Shown: in pieces, positions 40,074 through 53,882 of the stretch
Layout: every line of letters begins with the position of its first letter
How positions within the stretch are numbered: the stretch's first letter is position 1
DNA from: Phoronis australis
Lineage: Eukaryota > Animalia > Phoronida
Length of the DNA stretch: 64,000 nt
Reading direction: 5' to 3'
NCBI GenBank assembly: GCA_002633005.1
Contig: NMRA01000215.1
Location: 598,852 to 662,851, forward strand
The notes under the pieces: generated by a model
The model's input: only the letters and a program-made list of their open reading frames with translations
Databases searched by the model: none
Told to the model about the DNA's origin: nothing
Made by a program: the position numbers and the translations under genes

Positions 40074-40629
40074 ATGCATGATGGTTATTCACTCAATTAT
40101 CTTTCGACTGATGAAACTCATCCTGTATTTTGAATTGGAGAATGTAAAGGAAAGATTATCTCCAAGCATTGTGCTCTTCTGACGCGTTTCTCTCTCGGCT
40201 GGCTGGCGAGAGTGAAGCCGTCTTTAACGCGACGCGTTTTAAAAAAACCGTCGCGTACTTGTTATAGCTCGTGTGAAAATTACTTGTTTCTTAATAAAAA
40301 GAATTATATCCATTTATAATAACTTATGTGGTAATTCTTAACTCATATTGCCTAGAAACACAGGGTGTACAAGACCATTCTGCCTAACCCTTCATGAAAA
40401 ACGCTGTTGAGAGAAAAAAATTATAATTTTGGTAGAAATTTGGAAAATACTCAAATGGAATTAAGTAGTTGAAGCTAGAACACATGCTACATAGTACAGA
40501 TGACAATGTACTGTACAACAGAGCCATCTCATAGAAGATTCTAAGGAGGATCTTGGCAAGGGCAAGGGTTAACGAACAGGAAACTAACTAAGAGCTTGCC
40601 ACTTGCATCGTGGGTAGGGAGTTATTGCA

Positions 40630-40790
40630 TGCAAGAGTTGCGTCACGAGGTACAGCGACCAGCAAAAGGAATTGTGGGTAGAAGATACTGCTTACAAGTG
40701 TTATGTCACGAGGGATTGTGACTAGCAAGAGGAATCGTGAGTAGAAGAAACTGCTTGCAAGTTTTGTGTCACGAGGACTGACCAGCAAGT
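40630..40790. repeat. 63-bp degenerate minisatellite, about 2.5 copies
   Basis: CAAG..TT..GTCACGAGG....GAC.AGCAA.AGGAAT.GTG.GTAGAAGA.ACTGCTT is repeated. Confidence 0.7.
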
Positions 40791-43700
40791 TCACGGTCTC
40801 AGTACAGTGTGTTTAAATTCAAAGATTTACCAACATAATTGTCATCCAACAAGTGTCGAGTTCTACAGCTTGATATAGCAGATAAAACGTTTGATTATTT
40901 ATAGTTAATTGATTGAAGTAATCTTCTTCATTGACAGTCTACTTAATTTAACAACTTATTTTAATCAGTGGTTATTTTGTAATAAATTGATTACTGGATT
41001 TCACCATTCTCTCTCCATATACACACAAACTCAAAGCATAGAGTAGCTTCCTTTTAAACAAACCCACAGTTAACTTCTGAAAGCAAAAAAAAACTGATAT
41101 GTGAGCTAACATCAGTTACAATCAACATGTTGCGTCGCAATAAAAGCATTAATGAAAAAAAATATTTTGACCATGACGAAAACTGCAGTAGCCCCAATTT
41201 TACTGAACAGGGTAAAAAGACACCTCATGATACGTTTTATGACAAAATAACAAACTTTCGTTTTTTTTTTAAATGAGAGTGCTTCTCAGACCCAAGTCCA
41301 GTATATCTGCTTGGTCTGTTGTGCATTTTGAAGAAAGACTTTGTGTGGTGGTGTGATGTTTGTCCAATTTGTAGTCTAAGCTCCCAGGTTCCTTCAGTGA
41401 ACTACCGTTAAAACCTGATGAGCTGCCCCTATAGGGTAAAGAAATTTTCAGAGGTATGGTTAAAATGACAGCTATACACCTTTTAAGTCCACGAACACAT
41501 AAATGAATAATCAAAGTTTTAGCCAACATTTATAAAAATTAGAAACTGTCAAAAAAACAAAACTCAATGTGTATACACATTACAAAGGACCAATTACGGA
41601 CCAGTAGGCGTATTTTATCAAACATCTACAAAACTATAGATTTTTATTCCATAAAAGTACATATTTCTGAAAGTGGAAAGCTTGTAAAATTCAATTTGTG
41701 GCTTTTTACAAATCTCCAGTCAATTGTATCACGTGACCATGTATTTATATAAAAAATAACAAAAAAGGTACAATGAAAGCACAACAAGAGTATCAACGAC
41801 ATGGCAAATCTTTATTTGATATAAGCATTTAAAATGAAATCTCAAAAAGGCTATTACAGTGTTCTATTTATGTATTTGTATTACTGTATGTTTTTCATGA
41901 ACATCATAAAAGTCCTGGTTATTACACTCCCTCGTGTAAAAGTGGAACATTTTCAGAACAGTTCCTAAAAACCGATTGTCGAATTTTGCATAAGCCGTAG
42001 AGAATGAAAGTTTCAAATAAACGTGTTCAGCCATTTCTGAGATATGATGTTCCGAAAACGTTGTATGTTTTGATCAATTTTGGCCCTTTGACTTACTACA
42101 CGATTTTTATCAAAACAGAACGAGCAAATACTAAACCGGATGTGGAGTGCTGTGTATATGTCAGAGGTATTCGGTTAGATCGAGTTAACTGCATACACCT
42201 TTTAAAGAGGCATGGAACGCGAAACCTTGTCAAAATATCCCTTAAAGTTGTAAATATGAAAAAAATCAACAATAGTTGGTCCTCTCTGGTTCTTGTGTTT
42301 TACTGAGTACCTGAGTGTTCCATCGAAACACGGGCCCCGGTGTAAACCATACATCCCGGAATTGAAAAAAGCACCCCTACCTTCAAAACAGCTAACCAGC
42401 CCAAATAACACAAACCCTGGCCTTTAAAACAGAAATCCCGGGGATCGGAAGGAAATCCGGACATTTTTTTTAATTTCTAAGACTGTTGTCAGTAACCTCA
42501 AACTTTGAGTTAAAGCCTCAGATCTTCAAGTATTTTCTTAGTTGTTTTTTCTACATTTGTTTGTTAAAAATTATCAATCGGATAAAACGTAACTTCTGTT
42601 ATAATGACTTTTTATTTAACATTTATCGGTAAAAGTCGTGCAATTTGTCTGTGGACAAATTTCAGTATAATCTACTCTTTAAACACGTTGTTTTTCTCAG
42701 TGAATATTTAGTTAATAACAGATTATTCAATACTTTTTCCAAAAATATTTTCCAAAATGAAAAACACAAATATTATTTCAACTTTCGAGTGCCATTGTCG
42801 ATTTAATTTTTTGTGACATGTACACGACTTCATGGAAGAACAGCTGAAGAATTGGGGAAAAGGAACTGGCCAATAGGTGACACAATATTTCATGGCGAAA
42901 TAGATTATACACGTAGACAACAGATTCGCAACTCCGACATTTTCTTGTGAAATATCCTAGAGGAGGCGCCACCCTCTAAACGTAGCAAACTTATATGACG
43001 GGAAATTCTTGCATCTATTTTACTGTCCAGTGCTACCAACAAAAATTAATTTCGGCAATGAAACGCTCCGTGCAGTTGAAGTTCGAGATAGATTCTGAGT
43101 AGGTCTGCTACATTGTACTGTACATGTATATCTGCCAGGTGTCACCAATGAATAGTTACGTGATTTCGTTCACAGAAAATATACGGTGTTGGCAGTCCAT
43201 GTACTGTTGTCTATGATGGCCCTTAAAGTCAACGCAAAAGATCGCACCACAATTTTAGCAGCTAAATAACGTAGCACGCCAATCCGTAAAACGTTGTCTA
43301 AAATTCTCATATAGTAAAATAACATATCACAACAACTATTTAATGTAGTAAGATTTCATTTTTATCAAAGAATGCTTGACTGAAAGTGCAGGAGCTGTTT
43401 CCGTCCCAAGGTGAACTGTCCCATGCCGAGGTTCTTGTTTCATATAGGAATCCCGGGAGGTCGGGGTTCAAGTTTTCCCCTGCTGGTTAGCAGTTTTGAA
43501 GGTGTAGCAGTCCGTTTTGGCCCCCAGAATATTTGTTTTCACCGGGATTCCTGTTTCGACAGAACACACTGAGTACCCACGGGTTCGAGTTTTTGACAGG
43601 TCTTGGAATGGACGCGTGTAAGTGAGGTTTTGCCTGCGTTTGCCCTTTGCCTATTGTACAAATCATTTGCTTTTGTGTTTTCAGCAAATGAATAACTCTT

Positions 43701-44929
43701 TTCAAAAGTAAAATAGTTTTGCTTTAACACACCGGATTCTTTGACTGTCTACTGGCTTATACTCACACGTCATTGCTGTCAGCCTCAATTTCTTTAACAG
43801 TGCAGTCAGTGGGATGTCCTTTTTCACACTGTCCCGCTTGCAAGAGAAGCAATTTAAAAAACCTGATCTCCTTGGTTCCCTTGATCATGTTCACTTGTCT
43901 GGTGAAACCTCCCTCCTCACCTGGATGATTAAGAGCATAATGAGGCAATTATGAATGAATGCATTTATAGTAAACAAGTTATTTTACTACTACAACCCTC
44001 GGAGAATGCCAACACATCGATCGCTCCACTTAATTTTTAAGACGGCACGTGAATAAAAAGACGTGTCCGAATACGCACGGCATAAGACGCTGACAGCCTG
44101 TACAGTGTTCAACTATGCTAATAACAAAGGCTGAAAAAGAAAACGTTGACATTATTTTCACCAAATCAGGCCGTATATTTAAAATCTGGTGTGAGGCTGC
44201 AAGGGGTTGGCAAAACCTCCCCCGGCACGACGAAGCAAAACTGCCGAATACATGCAGTGTTGTTCCCCTAAAATTGTGTCTGCCCCCTGACAACATACTG
44301 TATAACCGCCAGCCTATACGCACACAAATGTGTTCCGTCCTCATGAACGGCACCCAATACTGTCCCTGCAACAGCCAGAAGAAATAGGCAAGTAGTCTTC
44401 ATTCTGATCGCTGAATGTTGCGTCTCCGTGGTTTAATCGCAACTGGCAAAAATCTGTTAAAGTCTCAGTATTTAACGAATTGAAGGGCACATTTTTTATT
44501 TTTCTCTCAACAGGAACTGTATATCGTGGGAAAGCAACATAACGGTTTTAGAATTGATTTTATCCCTTTACTTTTTGAATTTCAAAGAATATGTAATTGA
44601 TTGTTAGATCAACGGACCCGGACATGCCTGGAGTTTTGCAACATGAGAATGTTTGCTTGAGGAAATTATTGACGCGTCCTAAAAGCTCTACAACTAATCA
44701 AACAAAATTGAAAAAAGCAATGAAAGAAATGACGATCGGCCTTACTCGTAAGTGAAATAGCATATAAAAGGATGTTAATTAGACGTGCATAAGAGGTACT
44801 GACCTTAATAGGGTCGCCCCGGATTACACGGCGATAGAACTCTCCTTTGTCCCGGAGACAAAGAAAGCGCGTGACCTAGTTTCGTGTCTCTCATTTATTG
44901 CGGGAAGGCAATAAATTTCAAATCACATC

Positions 44930-45483
44930 TTCACGGAAATTTGTCCATTTTATTAAACTTTATTTTCTCGTCCTAGTTGCAGTCCATAGCAAAGCAGTAA
45001 TCCTTCGTTGGAATTGGAAAGACGAATAGAGTGCAACCGAAAAAGAAGTTTTAAGGAATCAGACGACAAAAATAGCATGTGAAACTACTGTGGAACGAAA
45101 ACGAGGCACCAAATGTGCCTGACGGATGTTTACGGTATTGTGGGTAAACACAGCTTATCCTATTGAATACATTTTACCGATTCATTTCCAATTGTTGTTG
45201 GTAACCATTAGACATCCAGCGGTTTGTTTAATAGGGCAGTTCCGGATTACAGCGACACTCGAATCTCGCTGTATTTATTCACAATACCGTAAACACCCGT
45301 GAGGCACATTTGCTGCCTCATTTTTGTGCCATTGGAGCTTCACATGTTATTTGTTGTTGTCTGATTCTGTACAAGGTTTTCTCGGTTGCATTACTCTATT
45401 CGTCATTCCAATGCTTATAAAGTATTACTGCCGGGCTGCGGGCTGCAACGCCGACGTGTGATAAACTGGACAAATATCCGTGG
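44930..45483. mobile_element. Decayed long-palindrome MITE
   Basis: Arms of about 220 bp pair, e.g. CAAATGTGCCTGACGGATGTTTACGGTATTGTG / CACAATACCGTAAACACCCGTGAGGCACATTTG. Confidence 0.7.
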
Positions 45484-45619
45484 ATGCGTTATGCTGAGCG
45501 TTATTGCAATTCAGAGGGTGGACCTCACTGTTTTGAGATAAAATTTGTTTTTGTTTGTTGAAACGTCGCCGTTTGTGGATTGTGTTTTCTATTTTGCATT
45601 TTTAACGGCCAGTAAAGCC

Positions 45620-46203
45620 GTCTTAAGCCCAGAGTCTGTTAGCAGCCCTGCAGCGATGTTGAGTAGTTGTAGCGAATACAGGGCCAGTTCGCCACCCAGT
45701 GAAGAGGACAGTTCGTCGTCCAATGAACAGATTGGTGAGCTTGGGCTCAAACATATACCCACTCACTGACTGCCTGTGAAGAAAAAAACTCGTCACCACT
45801 GCTATGATCAATGTACCCGTCACTCACGTCACTACAGTCATTGTTATATGGGTCGCCGGCTAGCTCCAGTCATTTTCGTATTACTACGAACTAAACAATT
45901 CCTAAATCCGACGTAATTGAGTTCTCTAACAACCTGACTTGCCGTAGAATACTCGTCGATAGGAAGTGGTTACGATAATTTTAGAAAAACAGCAGGAAAA
46001 CAATAGCAGAACAGATCCTCACAGTAAACACAACTCAGAACCAAATTGGAGCGAAATTCGTGCCTCCAAAAACGTCACTTCCGGAGCAGATGACGAGTAA
46101 TTAACTAAATTACGAAAAGCTGTAATTAAGTGAAAATATGTCTGAGATAATCAAGGAACCTTATTTTTGCTAAAAATGACATGAAAAATGGTTGCATTCG
46201 CCT
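45620..46203 (+). mobile_element. 5'-truncated third copy of the Kolobok-like element
   Basis: Matches the 3' part of the 53883 copy (EEDSSSSNEQIGE, GGGCTCAAACA...) with a further internal deletion, and ends in the same TIR ...TTCGCCT|TTAA. Confidence 0.8.
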
Positions 46204-46728
46204 TTAACAGTCAACGGTCAGCTGTGAACCCTGATGACCCATGCACCCACCTCTGTTGTACTGTACACTGTGAATTGTGGAGGTTCCAATCGGTGACTAT
46301 CGAAACATTGCAGTTCCCTAACCCGTCGGTGAATTAGAAATCAGCGCCACCGATTGATCCCATATAATGCAGAGGATAGGGTTCAACCATAAAACTCGAG
46401 CATTGGAATGCTAACTCCAATGTCGCGATCGCTGAGGTTGCGCCGCGTTTGCGTGAGAGTCATTTACATTCGTTTGTTCGGGTGTGTGTACTTGTAGAAT
46501 TTATGTCATTAAAACTTATCGCAACTCCGCCGTTTATCAAACAAAGTGCAGAAGAGCATTAAAAAGCCCTTTGTCAGTTCTTGATGATTATACCAGAAGC
46601 AAAAGATAAATAATTTAATTCATCAGTAGTTATCATTTCGCTTTCTTGACTGGTTTAAAAAAATTTAAAACCAAGGATGTTGCGAAAATGCGAAAAAATT
46701 AACCTGTTGTAGTACCATAAAAAGAGAA

Positions 46729-46801
46729 GTGAGAGATTATATAACTGACTAGTAAAGCCATGAGTGAGAGATTATATAACTGACTAGTAAAGCCATGAGT
46801 G
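46729..46801. repeat. Exact 35-bp tandem duplication
   Basis: GTGAGAGATTATATAACTGACTAGTAAAGCCATGA x2. Confidence 0.9.
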
Positions 46802-48439
46802 AAATAATTTGAACGATTCAAAAGATTCCTACCATTTAAAGATAAAGGTTTTAGAATATTGTTACCTCACACTCGCTGTGGATAATTTAGTCAGGCATTC
46901 ATTCAAAATTATATATCTTCATATAATTAATTGGAGCTTTAGAGCAGTTTGATACTATTACATTCCTCAGTAAAAAATCCAGAACGCAGTGACGTTGACG
47001 AAAAATGCGATAAACTACTCCGTCTAGTATCTATCCGAAATTTGCATACACAGGTAAAGATAGGGACAAACATCTATTACGTAGCTTTGAGATGCACTGT
47101 GGATAGTTCATCACATTGGTTGCAGTGTAGGACTTTCCATAAGGTTTAGAAATAAAAACCTTTTTCTTCAGAAAGAAAAAGTGATCCTGATATATGTTGT
47201 GTATACGACTGTGAACAAGAGACATTGGAACACAAATTTACGATCGTTATACTAATTAAGGACATGGACTCTGGAAAATAACAATATTGATAAAAGAGAC
47301 AACGTTATTTTGAACACGTGTTGCATAGTTGTTCTATTGGGTGCCGGGTTTGCCGGCCGTGAATCTCGTAGACACGAAGTCACGACTCCTTTCTGAAATG
47401 AAGTGGTTTATCACAACGGAAAATCACCCAGGGTCCTCACAAAAAGTCGCATCGACTGGTGCTTGTTCCATTTCCGACTTCAAACTTTCATAAAAATCCG
47501 TCTCAGGAACAAAACACGCTTAAAAGGCATCCACATCCCGGGGGTCACTCATTAAGGCATGAAACAGTTGAATAATGTGACCAAAAAGGGGCGATCATTG
47601 GCACACAATTGATACAAGGCACCTGCACAGGCCGAGTTTCTCCCAAAACTCTAAGGTACATGTACACTTGCAAGTGCCATATCATACCTGATAGTCACAC
47701 ACACACACGCACACACACGACACACACACACAAAAGCATTACTTCCTTGGGGGAGTTAATAATCAGATGATCTATGTTATGTTGTGTCTTATTAGAAAAT
47801 TGGTAACTGTGGTGCTTAAAAATTGAGCTCCGTTGACATTTTAAAAAAAATTTCCGCTTGTGCATAGGATTTTTTCTTATCGAAATATATCTTGTAGTAT
47901 AAGCGATAGATGTCACTGCTGTACTCTAATTGTCTGTCAGAATCCTTCCGTGGGGGGGGGGTTCCATTTTTGATTGGTACACTTTCCGCTACATATTCCA
48001 TATTTTGTCAGTAAATTTACGTAGAATTGAAAAATTAGTTGTGGGACGCACGCCTGTACAATTGATCGTTAAACCGCACCAAACTCTGAGTATAAAAACT
48101 CTCTCAGTTGTGAGTTGCTAAGTGACATTTCTACCTTACACATTTCATATTTGTAATCCTAAAAAGCAAATATAAAAATGTCCACCAGTTTGTTCCTTTT
48201 TAAAGAAAATGTATTGAAAAGTTCTAGTTCTCGAGCACATTCTGGAGTTTATTGCTTTTTTCTGTGAAAATTGTATTTGGTCATTTATCAATGAATTTTC
48301 CGTGTCTCGTTGTGCTCGGTACCCTGCGGCAGTAATGCCACTTAAAAACATCCGCAGCACGCGATGTCTCTCAAAATTGGGGTGATATAAACTTCACTAG
48401 TGATGCTCTGGAGACAGCATGTGTTTCGGGCTCACACAG

Positions 48440-48685
48440 CTGGGTCGAGTTCAGTAGCACTAGAATCTCGTTAAAAAGCAAGACCTCGTGAGAGGTTGCG
48501 ATGTATTTTAAACGACAACACGTGACTTTGGCGAGGTCTTATCGTTACTGCCCCTGGTCGAGTTCAGTAGCTATCTCGCGGCTAGAAAAATCTAGCCAAA
48601 ATCACGCGTTCTCACGGCAATATCCCACGTAATCTCACAAAGTCTTGTTTTAGCAAGGTATTAGCGTTTCTGAACTGTACCCTGG
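48440..48685. mobile_element. Decayed palindromic MITE
   Basis: GGGTCGAGTTCAG...CTGAACTGTACCC ends. Internal AAGACCTCGTGAGA / TCTCACAAAGTCTT pairing. Confidence 0.45.
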
Positions 48686-50577
48686 TCACTGTTATGCTTT
48701 AGCTTCATGACCTTTTGACCCATCCATGAGTTCTTGCGATTGGTTTGGGAGAGAACGTGTCACGGTCACCTAGCGGATCAAAAATGTTAAACATTTCTGG
48801 CAATGTTGGTGCTGGAAGGTATTTTCCTCCGTATGGCGGCCTGGGGCTCTCCCTCAGAAATTTACGTATTTAAGTCTCATCGGGTGCTTTCAAAAGGCCT
48901 TGAGATGCCTTGTTGACGTGCTTATGGAAAATGGTGCCATACCGGTTCCGTGTGCCGTGCATGTACGATAAAAACTTTCTGTTCGGTGAAAAAAAATCCT
49001 GTGGACATCGGCTGGTTCACTTCCGCGTATTGTGTATCTGATGTTTCGAAATCAGCAAAAGCGAACCATTTGTTAGGAACGTGGTCTGTAAACAGCTGTT
49101 TGTGGGCTCTAACAAAGCATGTAATTACAAGAACCATTTGCCCTCGAAAACTACAATCGATTGACACAAATCTAGATTTGTTTATTTTTAAAGCTATATT
49201 AAATCTTGGAAAATTTCAACAGTTGGCAACATCGGAAGGCTCTAACAAATGACCGATCAGATTTAAATGGATCTCTCAAATGTGATGATGTGTTACTGTT
49301 CTCAAGATCTGGTTGACTTGTATTTTCTGTTTATACAGAGTGAAACTGGTCCAGCAAAGCGTGTGAGCCCTAGTCACTCAACTACCTTTAGACAAGCATA
49401 CCTCTAAGCACTAGTTTAGCCTCTATCACGTGGTAACTGCGTCTATCACAAACAAGTCTTACGCCAAAAATCGTTTGATTTAGGACACTGACCGGAGAAA
49501 AGCTAATCTAATGTTATTCCATAGTCAGATTAATGGCGACGCTAAAGCATGGGACGAATTTCAAGTTCGTTATTGTTGTAGAACCGACTAAAAGTTACCT
49601 CGTCACGGGAGGCTCATGGGATACACCAGGCACTATCTCAAGCATTTTTCGAAGAGTCAGATCATTCCACGACTCAACACTATTCCTCGTCCGAGTAGGC
49701 CTACGGAATACATATGTAGCCAGTCGGCCAGAACCTTGGAAGTCTTTTACATCAAATTGTTATAGCGAACAACACATATCGCAATCACCCGAAACCATCG
49801 CTGATCAATATTTGGGGGTCGCCATGTTCAGATTTGCACATTAACGAAGTTGTTAACGTTTTAAGTGTAAGTATTCTCCTTATAGCTTGCTTCATGGAGA
49901 TGAGGTAACTACATGTATACACGTAAATAAGTCATTTCAGGTCTTTACGTCAGCACCGGTCTGGTTATGCTATCTAATAATAATTCACTCTAGCGAATGA
50001 ACAGCAGGTTCACAACCAGAGAATAACTTCATGCATAATTCTAACTTAGTCGCCGGATTCTACAGCCCAAAAACAAGTTGGGAAGATAACCCCTGTAGCC
50101 ACTATCTTACACGATTGATTAACTCCATTCTGGCATTTATGGTTGGAGGGCCAGCTCTCGATCCAATTTCAAGTGTCAAATTCGCAACACGGCTTATTCC
50201 GTCGTCTGCTCCACTGGGCAATGAAGAAAAATTACTTCATTTTTAAAGAAAATGTAATCTGAGTGACGATAAAAAACAGAAACTGCTGGTAAGATGTGAA
50301 CTTTAATCGAAGCCTTAGTGAATCACTCAGAAACTCATAATTCTCTCTTTGTCAAACTGACTTAAGACGATTTCCAAAGCAATCCCGTCATTATTGCCAA
50401 CACGAAAAACGGATTTGGTTTTTTGGGTATTTGAAGACTATCTTAAATACAACAGATTTGTTAAGAACCGATTGCACAAAATATAAAACGTGTAATAAAC
50501 ATTACAAAAAGAAGTAGGTTTCGCGCGCAAACGCTATGGACCATAAACAAGTAGGTCTCTTAGTGTTAGCAATAAAT

Positions 50578-50645
50578 CGTTGTGGTGTAGTGGTAAAGCA
50601 CGCGCGCGCGCTAACCGCCAGTTCGTGAGTTCGAGTCTCTGGAAC
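50578..50645 (+). mobile_element. tRNA-derived SINE head
   Basis: A box TGGTGTAGTGG and B box GTTCGAGTC at tRNA-like spacing. No proper acceptor or anticodon stems. Confidence 0.55.
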
Positions 50646-51548
50646 ATGTTTGACCCGTTGTCAGTGTATTTTGGCTTTTTTTCTTGGATAATACTTCAGG
50701 AATCAAGGAAAATGCTTGATTTTTGGAGGAAAAAACAGAAAAATTTCCTTGGCAAACCCCCCTCCCGACCTCCCCCCATTCGGTGCTATGCGCATCTACA
50801 ATCGTGGTTTGCGCAAATGCTTACAGCCGGACAAAATATTGACACCCCTTGTGATATTCTAGATCCGCCACTGGCTTGGTAGTTAACAAAGGAGCTAGAT
50901 GTTATCACACGCTCACAACCCTCTCGACTGGTAAAGTCACTGAACGAGAGAACGACGTCATGGAACATGATTTTATCGTCAAACCTTAAGTTGCTGACTC
51001 GTCTGGCTGACTATAGAACAAATGTTCTCTGTATGTGACCCTGCTTCTCATTGTCTACCATAAACCGTATTAGCTAAACAATGGGAGTGTTTAGGCTACT
51101 TGCTGACCTGAAATAGCCACCTCTTTATCATAATTATACGGCAAGCAGAGAATAATCCCAACCTAACACGTTGCTAATCTCAGCGATAGTTTTGATTGAT
51201 TGGGATACAATGAATGTATGTGTTGTTTACATTTAACATGAATTTGCCATAAAACTTTATTTAAAAGTTTTGTGCTGGTTGACTGGAGCAGGTTGATACA
51301 ATTTTAAAGAGTAAAAGTATTTTTAACACTCCAAGGCGACTTTATAGCTGTTTTATATGGTTACCAGAATAAATTTGAAAATCCCTTTCTAAATCTGCTA
51401 AATGGGCAAGCACGACTAACTACTTGGGTGAATTGTACATCAGCGTACTTCTTGCGCAGAGAAAAGCGAGATTATTAGACCGAAAGGTGAGTGTTCCACG
51501 AGTAAGCTCGGGAATTTATTAGCGTGGTCTAACAAAACGGCCGCCTCT

Positions 51549-51703
51549 CAGTGGCGGATTAAGAGGGGGCTAAGGGGGCCATGTCCCCCCTCTAAAATTC
51601 TCCCAGTTTCCAGTTGGCTGTTCGGAGGTGCGAATATCCGATGGNGGCTAATACTGTGCCCGCCTCCCCCCCCCCCCAACTAAAAATCCAAGATCCTCGC
51701 CTG
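51549..51703. mobile_element. CAGTGGCGGA-type MITE with 5-bp TSD
   Basis: CAGTGGCGGATT...AGATCCTCGCCTG flanked by CCTCT/CCTCT. A related end lies in reverse at about 50860-50873 and a partial one at about 1529. Confidence 0.65.
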
Positions 51704-53117
51704 CCTCTTTAGCGACTAGTCGGCGTGTCTGGAATGTTAAATCGGGATAAAATTCGAGTTCTCCGCCCCTTAAACAAACGTGAATGTTAAGCTTAACGCT
51801 ACACAAGATTGCATAAAACTATACAAACTGAACATGGGAAACCAAGTCCAACAAAAATTAAGGACGACTAGTTCGCAAGAAAACTCGTGCATACCAAAAA
51901 CTAGAGGCCACCTATGGAGTGATTGATCGGCAGTGCCGCAATGTTCAATAAACGAAGATATATCTACGGGTCTTGCGTTCACAGAAAGCAGCCCTCAGTA
52001 CTCAGACGACCATGTACGTCGTTAAATTACGTGGTCATACAAATTCAACACAATAAGGCAGCGCTCACATGTATAACATTATCATTCGAGGGATAGAGAG
52101 ATAGGAAAGATGACGATTTGTGACAGCAGGAGGCGACGGGGGTAGACTCACGGTGACATCATCATGTGGTTTATTAGAATATGTGTGTCACAATACCCCA
52201 ATGTTAACAAAAATATTCTGATATTTCTCAAATGTATAACAAAAATAATTTTTTTCTATATGGATGTCAAGAACTCAACCCAAATGAAAACAAGGTTTTA
52301 TTCGAAATAGTATCAAAATTTCTTTTTAATATAAAATCTTTTTGTGTAAGTGGATTGAATTGTTTTCATGTAAAATAACTTATTGTGTATGAAAATGATT
52401 TATTTACCTTCGTAATCATATGTCATTGTAATCTTAACATCAGTTTTTTAATTTATGTATTTGTGTATAATAATTGTATGTAGTTTTCTTTGTACTTAAT
52501 GCCTCTTCGCGCTTTCTGCGCAATGTATATTCATTGTACTGAAGATTTCGTAATAAACTAAAAAAATAATTAATACACGAACATATGGCTGGGAAACCGG
52601 TTCACGTTCGGGGGAATTTACGAGCCGTTTCACGCATCCAAAACTTGCATATTTCATTAGGTTTACACAGTACACAGACAAACTACAGACCCACTCCATC
52701 ACTGTCAGGCTAAACATGGGGGTAGCTGTGATGACGTAATTAAATGGAGCACACATATGTTATCCTACAAACACACAATACTGCTGCATACATGTAGCTG
52801 CACACCTGAAGAAAGGAGATTGTTACGAGCGACTCCGTATCAAGCTTTCGAACAAAAAGTTTAGTTGTGTTTTCAATGAAGTTTGAGTTAACAAAGTGAC
52901 GTATGCAACACCGATATTTTCGTATAATGATATGGGATAAAGGGGTGTTATACCAAGAAGACGGGTCATGGCGGAGGGGGAAGGTATAACGTGGCAAATT
53001 TTGAATGGGGAATATGTGAACCCACCCTGAGTTGTTTGACCTCGCCTCTCGAAAAATAAAGGATAATTTTGTCACCAGCAGCTTAGTATCCAGCAGAGCG
53101 TACGCATAATTAATCCA

Positions 53118-53405
53118 CTAAATGCCGTCCGTTGTCTTCCTCGCTGCCAATACCAGTGTGACAGCGAGAGCTACAAGACTTGGCACTTTTTTGACACCAG
53201 ATCCCAGTGCGTTGTCACTCAAGACTTCTGGTGGTGGAACAATCTTTAAATCAGAGTAGCCGGTCTCAATTATCCGAGTGTATACCACGGCAAATTCTCT
53301 GAGCCACAGTTCGTTGTCGTATACGTATTCTAGAAAAATGCCAGCTGTTGGAGAAAATTCACAGTTGTTGGCCCATGTAACTGCTGCTTTTCCAGAAAAG
53401 GAGAT
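53118..53405 (-). CDS. Heme peroxidase last exon with hydrophobic C-terminal tail
   Basis: Acceptor TTTTCAG|, phase 0. ISFSGKAAV...CEFSPTAGIFLEYVYDNELWLREFAVVYTRIIETGY matches the terminal helices (YxxDxxxW/FxxxF). It is followed by ...ALGSG VKKVP SLVALAVTLVLAA RKTTDGI*. Confidence 0.85.
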   Translation of the reverse strand: MSFSGKAAVTWANNCEFSPTAGIFLEYVYDNELWLREFAVVYTRIIETGYSDLKIVPPPEVLSDNALGSGVKKVPSLVALAVTLVLAARKTTDGI

Positions 53406-53882
53406 CTGAAAAGAATTAACATTATGCCGTGAAGATTTTATATTAATAAACACAGCAAAATAGATTTTTCAATCACTGAAGCCTTGAAAATTAGCAAACC
53501 ATAGTATTGATTTTTTCTGAAAATCGCGTCAGTGGTGTTGTTTTTTAGTTGCCAATAACAGGAACTAAACGCCAAGGCTAGAATAACGTGATCCACACTT
53601 AACAAAATGCAGTTGTATTCCGCATTATGCAGTGTTATTCCCCAGCACCACGTCACGATACTAACTGGCAGTGATTTGTGGCCGATCAGTTTCGCAAAAA
53701 ACTCGTTCTTAAAAACATTTGGGAAATGTCAAAATATTTCATATTCACATCGTCGCTATATGTTGTCTTTGTAACTAATTTGGCCAAGATTTCATAGAGA
53801 TAACGAATTAGCCTGCAAGTTCATTGAGATCAAAGTTCTCAATCACGTAATGATTTTATGAGAAATACGGAGGCGTCATTAA

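Noticed and set aside
41410-41460. CTGATGAG...GAAA hammerhead ribozyme candidate
   Set aside because: The stem II closing pair (G...C before GAAA) is missing, and stems I and III are not convincing.
44030-44387. Overlapping 113-aa and 90-aa ORFs
   Set aside because: No motifs, and no consistent exon chain that I could support.
50578-50645. Functional tRNA gene
   Set aside because: A and B boxes are present but there is no cloverleaf pairing; better explained as a SINE head.
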